Assembly (NCBI GenBank): GCA_964016885.1
Contig: OZ024741.1
Coordinates: 236,468,001-236,532,000, forward strand
Direction of reading: 5' to 3'
Length of the DNA stretch: 64,000 bases
Source of the DNA: Eledone cirrhosa
Taxonomy: Eukaryota
Part shown: positions 25,805 to 37,935 of the stretch, one piece after another
Layout of the letters: every line of letters begins with the position of its first letter
How positions within the stretch are numbered: position 1 is the first letter of the stretch
Notes under the pieces: model-generated
The model's database searches: none
Seen by the model: the letters and a program-made list of their open reading frames with translations, nothing else
What the model was told of the DNA's origin: nothing
Translations under genes and position numbers: made by a program

Positions 25805-26767
25805 GTCATCTGGTGTACTACAGGGATCTATTCCTGGCCCCCTTTTGTTTGTGGCATATATTAATGACATAGATGCCAACTTAAAGAATGCCACAGTACT
25901 GAAATATGCAGATGACCTCAACCTGTACCTTGAGATAAAAAGGACAGATCCTGAACACTATAGATTTTTCCTGCAATCAGACCTGGACACAATGCAACAA
26001 TGGATCATGGACTGGCATCTCAAGTTGGCTGTGGACAAGTGTACCACCATGCATTTTGGGAGTAAAAACCCAGCGTCCACATACTCCCTCCACAACACTA
26101 ATATCAAGAAGTCTTCTTGTGAACGTGAGATAGGCATTACTGTCAGCAGCGATTTAAAATTGTCTTAGCATCACTCAGCAAGACCTTTGTCAGCCGCTCT
26201 CCAGTTATCTCTCTAAAACTGTATATAGCTATGGTGTGGTCACACTTAGAATTTGCATCACCAGTCTGCTCAGAACATTGACCACCTGGAAACTGTTCAG
26301 AGACGTGCAACCAAGCAAATACCCTCCATGAGGCTCCAATGTCTGGCAACTGACTTGGTAAACACCCACAAAATTATTAACCATCTTGCCAACAGCAACC
26401 CTGAGCACCCTTTTGATTTCCATGTGTCTAACACACGTGGGCATGCCTACAAAGTCAGAAAACAGCACAGCTCCCATGACTTTCGGAAACATTTTTTCAT
26501 GCTCAGAGTTCTGAAGCATGGAACAAACTACCTGTATCAGTTGTAGGCTGTTGATACACTTCATCCTTTAAAACTTGTATGCTTCCTGAAATTCGCCAAC
26601 ACTACACCTAATATTCCCCCTCCATACACACGCACACATGTATATCATGACTCATACACTATTCACTTCCCTGACATTTGTATATTATTCTATGTACTAT
26701 ACATGCACCTTTGACGAGTTGTAGTGCACCTGAGCACTGTACACAATAATTTCATTATTATTATTAT
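25802..26767 (+). mobile_element. 5'-truncated CR1/L2-type LINE (RT C-terminal half + 3' UTR)
   Basis: [44 protein letters not shown], (ATT)n tail; same family as 37.9-40.8 kb. Confidence 0.9.
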
Positions 26768-26804
26768 CATCATATATATATATGCATGTATATATATATA
26801 TATA

Positions 26805-27405
26805 ATCCCTGACCAGCAAGACATACCCCTTTAAGAAAACCCACTCTACCAATAAGAAATGTATTATATGTAGAATAAATCCAAAAATAAATTGTAAAAC
26901 TAGAAATGTAGTCTATAGCATACAATGTACAGAGGGTACTTGCAGAAAATGACAACGACATACATAAGTGAGACAGCTCGTAGTATAGGAGAGGGAATAG
27001 ATCAACACTGATGTGAACTAAAAGGACAAAAAGACGGTCTGGTACTATATGAACATGCCAGACAAAGACATGATGGTAATATAGACAACATAGAAATTAG
27101 AATATCTAAACATAGAAACGACTCAACAAGTAGACAAATCAGAGAAGCAACTGAAATAGAACTAAGAAAACCAAAGTTGAACAGAAAAAATGAATGGAAT
27201 AACAACAACAACAACCATACACAAACACACACTACTGACCTAAGATAAATATAAATAAATAAATATACACAGGTACAATAACAACAACCACACATAAACA
27301 CACAGTAGTGAACAAAGATAGAATACAAACACACACAAACTCAGACACAAACACACACCAAACAGAAAACATACACACAATCGCATACGCAAACAGAGAC
27401 AAGAA

Positions 27406-27440
<35 letters not shown>

Positions 27441-27540
27441 AAATAAAAATGGTGTAGACATGCCAATACAATGGGAGGAAACATAATAGTACCACTGATG
27501 ATGTCACAGTTGTGTTATGAAAACATTTTGATAGACTAAA
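26805..27540 (+). mobile_element. Penelope-like element 3' fragment (GIY-YIG endonuclease)
   Basis: Manual translation across one frameshift: NVVYSIQCTEGTCRK/MTTTYISETARSIGEGIDQH..LYEHARQRH..RQIREATEIELRKPKLNRKNEW. Confidence 0.8.
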
Positions 27541-27680
27541 TATATACATTTATATCTATTTTTAACCATTGGTCAATCAATGATAAACATTAACTATAGG
27601 GATATAAAATATACAGAAGCGAAAACCAATCCAAACCAAACAGTGAGTGTGTTTTATTATTTCTGGCAAAATTATAACAA

Positions 27681-28636
27681 CTAGCAGAAAAACCACCCTT
27701 CGGGTGGTTTTCTGCAAGCATGTGTAGTGTGTATATTGATATTTTACGCAAGTATATATGCATGTAGATATGATACATCAAATAAAATCGTAATTGACAA
27801 TATACACAGAAATTGAACGAAGACTTTGTTACACTCTCTTATGTAATCAGTAACGTAATCCATGATACATTAAAAGAAGACGATATCTATTTATTAATTT
27901 CAACAATGTCAGTATTCCGTGTGTCATAATTCTCGATTATCATTGGTTCATAGGTTTAAAACGACTCCGCCCACCTCAACGACGCCAAACTTAAATTAAT
28001 ATGCATAATGCCAATGAGGGAGTGAGAGAGGAGAGTAAGAAACAGAGAGGCAAAGTGAATGCTGTAACTATTACCATGTGTGCGTGTGTATGTACGTGCA
28101 CGTATGTTTATGTGTGTGCAGCGTTCCACAGAAAGTAAAAACTATCAACATGTGTGAGTGTGTGCGTGTGTGTAAGTGCACGGGTGCGTGTGTAAGTTTG
28201 CGTGCGTGTGCACGTTTCCATGCGTGTATGTGTGTACATGGGGCGTTCCACAATCGCCACGCAGTTTATCTGTCTGAGTGCCTGTCAGTCAGTCTAACAT
28301 ACACAGAGTTGTGAAGGGAGTAAATAGGGACCTTTTTTTTTACATTGATGGACATCTTTTATATTTATTATTGTGTCATTTTTTGACAATTGCTCGAAAT
28401 GAATACTGATAATAAAAGCAATTCGACTTTATCAAACAGTGAACTACAGCGGCGACGGCGTGCAGCCAGGAATGAAGAAAAACGGGCCGAACAGCACCGT
28501 CGGCACGCCAAACTTCAGAGGCGAAGACGTGCCGCCATGAATGAAGAGGAGCTGGCTGAACAACGCCAACGAAACACTGGAGCCAAGCAGGGACGGTGTG
28601 CTGCGATGGTTGAAGCATCATCTTTTATATTAATTA
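27681..28636 (-). mobile_element. Non-autonomous Helitron-like element with termini on the minus strand
   Basis: Minus 3' end: hairpin AAAACCACCCGAAGGGTGGTTTT then CTGCTAG|T; the other end reads TAATATAAAAGAT like the neighbouring Helitron; carries an R/E-rich repeat ORF on plus (28399-28620). Confidence 0.6.
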
Positions 28637-28996
28637 TCTATATCTATATCTACATATAATATAAAAGATTGGAACTTCCATCATCCTTTTGAGAAACGTG
28701 GAACAACCACGTCTATGCAATGATACACGTTTTACAGTCAGGCAGAAGATGAACCATCTCCTAGAGGTCACTATTCTAGGTGGGAGCACCTAGAATTGTT
28801 CATATACTATGCACAAATGGTACAACAAAGAATCTGGTATATCTGGAAGATTTTTTTTTACTGTTTTTTGTATCACACAGACACCACGGACTTGCCTCAT
28901 ACTGTAACCAGACAAACATCCAATACAGTCATTTTCTCTTTTACCTGTCTTCTCTTATCATCTGTTTACCCGGGCGAAGCTGGGTACATCAGCTAG
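28637..28996 (+). mobile_element. Non-autonomous Helitron with Pif1 helicase remnants
   Basis: A|TCTATA 5' end; KIGTSIILLRNVEQPRLCNDTRLQ and VGAPRIVHILCTNGTTKNLVYLE match the Helitron helicase C-terminus; 3' hairpin ACCCGGGCGAAGCTGGGT then CTAG|T. Confidence 0.85.
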
Positions 28997-29189
28997 TTAT
29001 ATATAAACTGCATTAGGAGACAATTAATGACGGAAATATATGAGTATTTATTTAAGCGATCGCCACAGGAAGTGTTGACATTTGAAAATTTTAAAGAAGT
29101 GAATCTTTAAATAAATAATAAAATATATTTAATGAACAGCCACGAAACTTAGTAGATAAATTATGTAATATTCATTCATTATTTATTCA

Positions 29190-29298
29190 AATCCCGCCGA
29201 GGTTTACTTTGCCTTCCATCCTTACTGGGTTGATAAAATAAAGTACCAGTAATGCACTGGGTAATTACTGGCCTTGTGCCAAAAGTAGAAACAATTAT
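29190..29298 (+). mobile_element. 5'-truncated SINE with target-site duplication
   Basis: SINE core flanked on both sides by ATTATTTATTCAAA. Confidence 0.8.
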
Positions 29299-29457
29299 TT
29301 ATTCAAAGTAATCCAACTTATTTTATTAAGGGGATAAAAAATTATAAACCGTATGCAATCCCGTGCTTCTTACTTTATTATAGTTTAGATATGACCCTCC
29401 CCAAATATAACAATATATATATATATATATACAGCTGCTTCCTCTGCTGATGAAGAA

Positions 29458-29918
29458 GGGTGAGGAGCGCGATGCTACATGGTAGTGAGACTTGGGCAAC
29501 AACTGCAGAGGATATGCGACGGCTGGAGAGAAATGAGGCAAGCATGCTCCGTTGGATGTGCAATGTCAATGTGCGTGAACGACCCAGCATGGATGTGTTG
29601 AGAGAGAAACTGTGTCTGAGAGGGATAGAATGTAGTGTACGAGAGAGGATACTGAGGTGGTATGGACATGTGATGCGCATGGAGGATGACCGCTGGGTGA
29701 AGAAGTGCCAGAAAATGCCAGTTGAAGGAAGACGTGGTAGAGGTAGACCACGAAAAACATGGGCGGAGGTGGTGAGAACAGACCTCAGATCGCTGAAGCT
29801 CACGGTGGAGATGACGAAGGACCGTGACAAGTGGAGAGATGCTGTGCTGAATAAGACCCATCCCACCCTTGCAAGCAGGGAAAAGTGGGCGTAAAATGAT
29901 GATGATGATGATGATGAT
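29458..29918 (+). mobile_element. 5'-truncated RTE LINE, second subfamily, reading frame still open
   Basis: HGSETW..LERNEASMLRWMC..WYGHVMRM..GRGRPRKTW followed directly by (GAT)n. Confidence 0.9.
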
Positions 29919-30019
29919 ACACACACACACACACATATATATATATACGTATATACGTATATATATATACATACGTACATACTTATTACCATCCAGGATT
30001 TAAAAAAGCTTTCACACAT

Positions 30020-30170
30020 ATTCTTACCATCTCCTTTCTATAAAGACTTGTTACAACTCTCTCTCAGGTAGACACTGTTACCATCCCCTTTCCATAAAGA
30101 CTTCTTACAGCTATCTCACGTATAAATATCCTCTTACTATGTTTTTTGATAAAGACTTGTAGATCTCTCA
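30020..30170. repeat. ~53 bp degenerate tandem repeat, about 3 copies
   Basis: TTACCATC..ATAAAGACTT(G/C)T recurs. Confidence 0.55.
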
Positions 30171-30489
30171 CATTAGAGAGTTGTCATAAAAAAAAGAAAA
30201 AGGTTGATCTTCCTTCATTGTTATAAGGTAAATAAAAGTGTGTATATATAACCTAACAGAGCCAAAAAGTTACACAAACACCAGCATTAAAGAGACAGAA
30301 AGACACAAGGAAGGAAGAAAAAATGGTAGTTAGACAGTTAATTGAGAGAAAACAACACAATACTGCTATAGATATAAACAGAACTTTAAAGTAATGATTA
30401 TTTATTAGAAAAGGGGGAAAGCGACAACAGAAATCTCATTTTGACTCCTGTCAGAAATGTTTTGACAATTGTGTTAACATTATTTTCAA

Positions 30490-30622
30490 CGTCCCTTTAC
30501 GATCTGAGTTCAAATCCTGCCGAGGTTAACTTTGCCTTTCATCCTTACGGGGTCGATAAAATAAAGTACCAGTAATGCACTGGGTAATTTGCTGGCCTTG
30601 TGCCTAAAGTAGAAACAATTAT
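30490..30622 (+). mobile_element. tRNA-derived SINE (Nin/Deu-type core)
   Basis: GAGTTCAAATCC B-box, CTTTGCCTTTCATCCTTACGGGGTCGATAAAA core, GTAGAAACAATTATT tail. Confidence 0.85.
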
Positions 30623-30724
30623 TTTCAGTAAATTCATCCACCTGCTTCTCGAGGATACTACAGCAAACTTCAAAACACAACACTTGAAAGTGATTTCTAA
30701 ATTTAAAATTAAAATCAAATATCA

Positions 30725-30870
30725 TGGAGGCACATGGCTTAGTGGTTAGAGCATTGGCCTTGCAATCGAAAGGTTGTGAGTTCAATTCTCAGACCAGGTG
30801 ATGTGTTGTTTCCTTGAGCAAGACACTTTATTTCACATTGCTCCAGTTTACTCAGCTGTAGAAATGAGAT
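30725..30870 (+). mobile_element. Second tRNA-derived SINE family
   Basis: A-box TGGCTTAGTGG, B-box GAGTTCAATTC, CCTTGAGCAAGACACTT core; relatives at about 12325-12560, 13410-13580 (-), 35270-35390 (-). Confidence 0.75.
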
Positions 30871-30894
30871 GATAGGGACTGGGGTCCCTATCAT

Positions 30895-31062
30895 TCCACT
30901 GTAAAGTGGTCGTGGAGGTGCCACAGCAAAAAAGCACCCAGCACTCACTGTAAATGAGGTTGGTGTTAGGAAGGGCATCCAGCTGTAGAAATCAAGCCAG
31001 AATCAGTTCCCGTCCCACCCTTGCAAGCAGGGAAAAGCGGACATAAAATGATGATGATGATC
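30895..31062 (+). mobile_element. RTE 3' tail
   Basis: TTAGGAAGGGCATCCAGCTG..CCCACCCTTGCAAGCAGGGAAAAG..(GAT)n. Confidence 0.8.
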
Positions 31063-31134
31063 AAAGCGAGAAGACCAGAACATTTTAATGGAAGAATTTT
31101 TAATTCCTGAAATATTAGGACAAAATAATTATAA

Positions 31135-31350
31135 TTGTTTCTACTATAGTCACAAGGCCCCCAATTTGAAGGGGAGGGGGAAAGTCGATTAAATCCACCA
31201 CAGTGCATTACTGGTGCTTTATTTATCGACCCCATTAGGATGAAAGGCAAAGCTAAACTTGGTGGGATTTAAACTCAGAATGCAAAGGGACGTAACTATA
31301 TGCTGCAAATCATGGTGTATGACGCTCTACTGATACTGCCAATACACCTC
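31135..31350 (-). mobile_element. tRNA-derived SINE (Nin/Deu-type core)
   Basis: TTTATCGACCCC..GGATGAAAGGCAAAG..GGGATTTAAACTCAGAA. Confidence 0.75.
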
Positions 31351-31359
31351 CCAAGGACA

Positions 31360-31505
31360 GATATTGTTAAGCCCCAGGACAGATGATGTTTAGACACAGG
31401 GCAGATGTTTAACCCCAGTACTGACGTTTGGCCCCAGGACTAATGTTGTTAAGCCCCATGACAGATGCTGTTTAGCCCCAGGACTGAAGTAGTTTAGCCC
31501 CAGGA
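31360..31505. repeat. ~22 bp tandem GTTTAGCCCCAGGAC(A/T)GAT, about 7 copies
   Basis: Direct reading; abuts the 50 bp satellite. Confidence 0.8.
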
Positions 31506-31509
31506 GTAC

Positions 31510-34500
31510 AGCTATGGACCACCATGAGGTTCCACATATTTAACTGGTATTTCTAGCAGACCTATGGACCACCATATGATTAGCTGATGTAGCTGCTATT
31601 TCTAGCCCAATTATGGACCAGAATGAAGTTCCCCCTATTTAGCTGCTATTTCTAGTACACCTATGGACCACCGTGAATTTCCCCTTATTTAGCTGCTATT
31701 TCTAGGATACCTATGGACCACCATGAGGCTCCGCTTTTTAACTGCTAATTCTAACACACTTATGGACAGCCATGGGGTTTCTCTTGTTTAGCTGATGAAG
31801 CTGCTATTTCTAGCACGCATATGAATCACCATGAGGTTCACTCTATTTAGCTGGTATTTCTAGCACACCTATGGAGCACCATGAGATTGCCCCTATTTAG
31901 CTACTATTTCTAGCACACCTATATACCACCAAAAGATTCCCTTTGTGTAGCTGATGTAGTTGCTATTTGTAGCTCATTTATGGATCATCATGGGGCTCCC
32001 CTATTTAGCTGATATTTTAGCACATCTATGGACCACCATAATGTTCCCCATATTCAGCTGCTATTTCTAGCACAATTTTAACCACCATAATGTTCTCCCT
32101 ATTAAACTGCTATTTCTAGCACACTTTTGAAGCACTATAAGGTTTCCCTATTTAGGTTCTATTTTTTGCACCCTTATGGACCACCATGAGGTTCCCCCTA
32201 TTTAGCTGCTATTTCTAGCACACCTATAGACCACCATGAGTACCCCCTGTTTAGCTGATGAAGCTGCTATTTCTAGCACACCTATGGACCACCATGAGGT
32301 TCCCCCATGAAGCTGCTATTTCTAACAAACCTACGGTCCAGCATAAGGTTCAACCCATTTAGCTGATGTAACTGCTATTTCTAGCATACCTATGGACCAC
32401 ATGATATTCCCCCCCCTATTTAGTTGCTATTTCTAGCACACCTATCGACCACCACGAGGATCCCCTATTTAGCTGCTATTTCTCGCACACCTCGACCACC
32501 ATGAAGTTTCCTCTATTTAACTACTATTTCTAGCACACCTATGTACCACCATGAGGTCGCCCCTATTTAGCTGCTATTTCTAGCAAACCTATGGTCCACC
32601 ATGAAGTTCCCCTTATTTAACAATCATTTCTAGCACACTTATATACCACCATGGGCTCCCTTCATTTAGCTGCTATTTCTAGCACACCTGTGGACCACCA
32701 TGAGATTCCCCCTATGAAGCTGCTATTTCTAGCAAACCTACGGTCCAACATAAGGTTCAACCCATTTAGCTGTTGTAACTGCTATTTCTAGCACACCTAT
32801 GGATCACATGATGCTCCCCCTATTTAGTTGCTATTTCTAGCACACCTATTGACCACCATGAGGTTTCTCCTGTTTTGATGATGTAGTTGCTATTTCTAGT
32901 AAACACCAGGTTCTCCCCTATTTAGCTGCAATTTCTAGCACACCTATGGACCACCATGAGGTTCCCCTTATTCAGCTGCTATTTTAGCACACCTATGGAC
33001 CACCATGAAGTTCCCCTTATTTAACAATCATTTCTAGCACATCTATGGACCACCAAGAGGTGCCCCACTTCAGCTGCTATTTCTAGCACAACTATGGCCC
33101 ACCATGAGGTTCCCCTGTTTAGCAAATGTAGCTGCTATTTCTCGCACACCTATGGACCACCCCTCTATTTAACTACTATTTCTAGCACACCTATGTACCA
33201 CCATAGGTTCCCCCCTCTTTAGCTGTTATTTCTAGCACATCTAAGGACCACCACGATGTTCGCCGGATTTAGCTGCTATTTCTAGCACACCTATGGATCA
33301 CAATGTGGTTCCGCTTATTTAACTGCTATTTCTAGCACACATGTAAACCACCATGTGGTTACACCTATTTAGCTGCTTTTCTAGCACATTTATGGACCAC
33401 CAGAAAATTCCTCATATTGAGCTGCCATTTATAGCACACCTATGGACAACCACGAAGTACCCACTTTTTAGCTGCTATTTCTAGCACACCTATGGGCCAA
33501 CATGTGGTCCCCCTATTTAGCTGCTATTTCTAAGACACGTACCATGAGGTGCACCCTCATCTAGCTGATGTAGCTGCTATTTCTAGCACACTATGGATTA
33601 CCATGAGTTTCCCCCTATTTAGTTGCTACTTTTAGCACACGTATAGACCAACATGAGGTTCCAATAATTTAGCTGCTATTTCTAAAACATATATGGACCA
33701 CCATGATGTTCCGCACATTAAGCTGCTATTTCTAGCAAACCTATGGACAACCATTAGGTTCCCTTTATTTAGCTACTATTTCTACACACCTATGGACCAT
33801 GATGAGGTTACCCTTATTGAGCTGCTATTTCTCGCACCTCTATGGACCACCATGAGGTTTCCCATGTTTAGCTGATGTAGCTGCTATTTGAGGTGTGCTA
33901 GAATTAGCAGCTAAATGGTGGTCCATATGTTTGCTAGAAATAGTAGCTAAATAGGGGCACATCATGGTTGTCCATAGGTGTCTTGGAAATAGCAGCGAAA
34001 TAAGGGGAACCTCATGGTGGTCCATATGTGTGTTAGAAATAGCTGCAAAATGTGTGTGTGTGTGTGTAGGGGGGGGGGGGATCATGCTGGTTCAAAGGTG
34101 TGCTAGAAATAGCAGCATAATAGGGGAAATTTCATGATTGTCCAAAAGTGTGCTGAAAATAGCAGCTACATCAGCTTAACAGGGAGGAAACTCATGGTGG
34201 TCGATAGGTTTGCTAGAAATAGCAGCTAAATAAGGGGAGATTCATGGTAGTCCATAAGTGTGTTAGAAATAGCAGCTAAATATAGGGAACCTCATAGTGG
34301 TCCATAGGTGTGCTTGAAATAGCAGCTAAATATGGGGAACCTCATAGTGGTCCATAGGTGTGCTAGAAATAGCAGCTAATTACGGGAACCTCATTATGTT
34401 CTATAGGTGTGCTAGAAATAGCAGCTAAATAGGGGGAACCTTATGGTGGTCCATAGGTGTGCTAGAAATATCAGTTAAATAGGTGGAACTTCGTGGTGGT

Positions 34501-34908
34501 CCATAGGTGTGCAACAAATAGCAACTACTATAGACCACCATGAGGTTCCCCTGTTTACAGGGGAACCTCATGGTGGGGCATATGTGTGCTAGAAATAGCA
34601 GCTAAGGAGAGGGAAACGTCATGGTGGTCCATAGGTGTGCTGGAAATAGCAGCTAAATAGGGAGAAACTCATTTCTATTACACCTATGGCACACTTTGAG
34701 GTACCCTCTTATTTAGTTGCTATTTCTAGCGTACCTATGGATTACCATAAAGTTCCTCTTTTTTTAGGTGTTATTTCTAGCACACCTATGGACCACTATG
34801 AGGTTCCCCCTATTTAGCTGGTTTTTCTAGCACCCCTAAGGACCACCATGATGTTTCCTGTATTTAGCTGCTATTTCTAGTACACCTATGAACCACTATG
34901 AGGTTCCC

Positions 34909-34910
<2 letters not shown>
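31510..34910. repeat. Satellite with ~50 bp unit CTATGGACCACCATGAGGTTCCCCCTATTTAGCTGCTATTTCTAGCACAC and internal inversions
   Basis: Roughly 60-65 units (length/unit estimate), some with an extra GCTGATGTA; orientation flips near 33890, 34527, 34556 and 34672. Confidence 0.95.
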
Positions 34911-34969
<59 letters not shown>

Positions 34970-35135
34970 TAAACACATACACACACATGCATATATATAT
35001 ATGAATGTATGTATATAATATACAGATAATATATATATACATATATATGTGTGTGTATGTATGCATGTATGTATTTGTGTGTGTATTTGTCTATATGTCT
35101 GTATACGTATATATATATATATATATATATATATT
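34911..35135. repeat. (TA)n/(CA)n microsatellite
   Basis: Direct reading. Confidence 0.9.
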
Positions 35136-35713
35136 TTCTAGGGCGGGTAAACTTCCCGAGATCCATGGATGAGTTCTCTCCAGCGGTCTCTGTCATTATC
35201 ACTGCCATGTCCTGCGTCTCCAATCCCTCTTAACATTCATACTTTAAAAAAAAAAGTCTAAAGTCTGTCTCAACCTTGGAGGCTCATTAAGCCAGTGCTT
35301 TTCCTGATTTCCTTGGCATTAAGCGACTGAGAGTTAAAGACTTCCGTCTGGAGAAGATGCCAGTTCTTCAACTGAGAATACTGGAGCAAAATGGACATTA
35401 TGGTTGTAAGTTCAACAGCCTAATCCCTTTGCTGAGTAAGTGAAATAGATATTACTGGGACTAAGCCCTTGGTTGTAGGTTTATTTTACTGAAGGCTTGT
35501 TATTCCTGCCCCCAACACATACCTCAGTTTCATCTACAAAATAACTAAAACAACAATTCTCAGATTGGGATAGTACTGAGAGATGGTGGTCTGTGAGCTA
35601 AGTTCAAAATTACAAATACATTGTTAAAAATTTAATATACACATGGTACTTGGGTATTATTTCTTCTCCAAATATATACATTTCTTCTTTCTGATTATTA
35701 TTCTCCCATCATC

Positions 35714-35910
35714 GAGGGAGGTTTAGTGAATTGGCAGTATCGGTAGAGGGTCGGATGCCATGCTTTGACGCATAGAGTTACGGCCCTTGCCATTCTGAGT
35801 TCAAATCCCGCCGAGGTTAACTTTGCCTTTCATCCTTACGGGGTTGATAAAATTAAGTACCAGTAATACACTGGGCAATTGCTGGCCTTGTGCCAAAAGT
35901 AGAAACAATT
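35714..35910 (+). mobile_element. Full-length tRNA-derived SINE with target-site duplication
   Basis: A-box-like TGGCAGTATCGG, B-box GAGTTCAAATCC, core and tail; flanked by ATTATTCTCCCATCATC at 35697-35713 and 35908-35924. Confidence 0.9.
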
Positions 35911-36184
35911 ATTCTCCCATCATCATCATCATCATCATCATCAGTGTATAACAATCTGTGAGGGGACTAATTGCGATGATGGGTCAGCAAAGAAATTCTA
36001 TATCATTACAGGATGTTAAAAATTAAATAAAATAGGTCCTTGGTAACCACTGTTCTAATATAACATTATTAGAAGAGATGTTAAGGACAGTGGATGGCAC
36101 AATTAGAAGGGTATATACATTTACAGTATTAGTTACCTCCCTCTAATTTTTGAGCTTATATTTTACTTTGATCAACTTTGCCTT

Positions 36185-37097
36185 TCGTTCTGGCAATGGT
36201 TGTCCATAGAAACTTCTATATGCTGATGACCTAGTTCTTATAGCTGAATCCGTAGAAAAACTTGAGAAGAAAATACTGTCATAGAATCAGAACTTAGAAT
36301 CAAAAGGACTCAGAGTAAACCTAGCAAAGACCAATGTTTTAGTAAGTAGAAAAGAAGATAGGACCCATCAGAGATATGGCCATTCTTTACATGTAGAAAA
36401 GGAATTGTTAGGAACTCTGTATGATGAATCCAATGTAAAACATGTATGTAGTGAGATTGTAGGCTGATTAACAGAAAAGGTATATGTTGTATGTGGTGGG
36501 AGATGCACATGATTAGCAAGTAGTAAGATTCCCAGTGAAATAAACCTTTTTCAACCCTGGGAAGTTTCTGTAGAAGAAGTCAATAGTTTCTGTTACCTAG
36601 GTAGCCTAATTAGCAGTGGAGGAGGATGCTCTGAAAGTATAGTAGCTAGAATAAGAACAGGATGGAAAAAGTTCAGAGAGCTACTACCTCTGTTGCATGA
36701 ATGTGAAACATAGGCAGTAAATGTAGAAAATATGTGAAGGCTGGAAAGAAATTAAGTGAGTATGCTTTAATGTATGTGTGAAGTTAATGTGCATGAAAGA
36801 CAAAACATGGATGATCTGAGACAGAAACTGATTATAAGAGGAATTAGATGTAGTTTGCAAGAGAGAAGACTGTGTGGGTATGGTCATATGATGCATATGA
36901 TTGATGATCATCAGTAAAGAAGTGGAAGGAAGCTACAGTCGAGAAGCCCAAGAAAAACCTGGGCAGAAGTGGTGAGAGTTGATATAAAAAAACTGAACCC
37001 CACAGAGGAAATGAAGGAATTCAATGAATTGAAGAAGGCTGTGCTGGAAAAGAGCTGTCCAATCCATGTAAGCATGGAAAAAATGATGATGATGATG
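36185..37097 (+). mobile_element. Decayed RTE LINE 3' portion
   Basis: LLYADDLVLIAES, FCYLG..SSGGGCSES, PRKTWAEVV, (GAT)n tail. Confidence 0.85.
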
Positions 37098-37399
37098 AGT
37101 TCTTTGATTACACAGTATTTCCATTTCATCTTGTAAATCTGTTGATCTCTTTGAGTGCGGAATGTAGTTTACACACAAATTATGTATAATCTGCAAAACC
37201 TATATATATAATCTACATAAGCACATATATAAATATATATATGGGATAGATTATTCATAGATGATAAAGCCTCAAGCCAATCATCTGACAGGGTGGACTG
37301 GGTGCTTTTTTTGTCAAGTTACCAGCATGTCCACTTACAGGGTACACTGGGTACTTTTTTTGTTGGCATCAGCACTGTGTGAGAGGTGTGGAGCATGTC

Positions 37400-37935
37400 C
37401 AGTTTCTATGCTTGTATGCATGGGTAGGATAGGAGAAGTGTATCAGGGGTGTGGAAGATGGGAGTTGGGGAGAGTATGCATGTTGGATATGGACAAGGTG
37501 AGTAGGGGTTGTCTAAGGTAGGATCCTCCATACACATCACATATCCATACCAGCTGCCATCCTCCATACACATCACATATCCATACCTCTGCAATCTCCT
37601 CTCCTGCATATTGACCCCTCTTATGCCCAGTTTCTCTCTCATGCATGTATTATGTATACCTCAAAGCATGCCAGATTCATACAATTTGCCTTTCATTTTG
37701 AAGGAAAAACCCTTTGTAGTAGCTTCCTGAAAATTTTCCATCCCATTCTCACTCTTTCAGAACACCCACCTCCCCTGCTAATTTGTTCATCCAGGTAACA
37801 GAAGTTGTCCTTCTATGGAGTCCTCTGAGCATTAGATAGAGCTTGTTTCATGTAAACTCTTGTTGCTTACTGCTCCTATGCAGGTAAGGAGGGCTCTGTT
37901 TTCCTTTCTACTTATTAGGACTTTAGTCTTTTCCA
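37400..37935 (-). mobile_element. Decayed RTE fragment, host of the CR1/L2 insertion (3' part)
   Basis: REKLGIRGV..QERRL..YGYVM; continues at 40845. Confidence 0.75.

Noticed and set aside
29446-29460. CTGATGA as a hammerhead core
   Set aside because: Interrupted by the RTE insertion with no matching GAAA or stems; other CTGATGA hits fall in YADD codons or the satellite.
30725-30800. tRNA gene
   Set aside because: A and B boxes are present, but it continues into a SINE body and I cannot fold a full cloverleaf.
31510-34910. CRISPR-like appearance of the 50 bp array
   Set aside because: The whole unit repeats with no unique spacers, there are no cas genes, and the context is eukaryotic.
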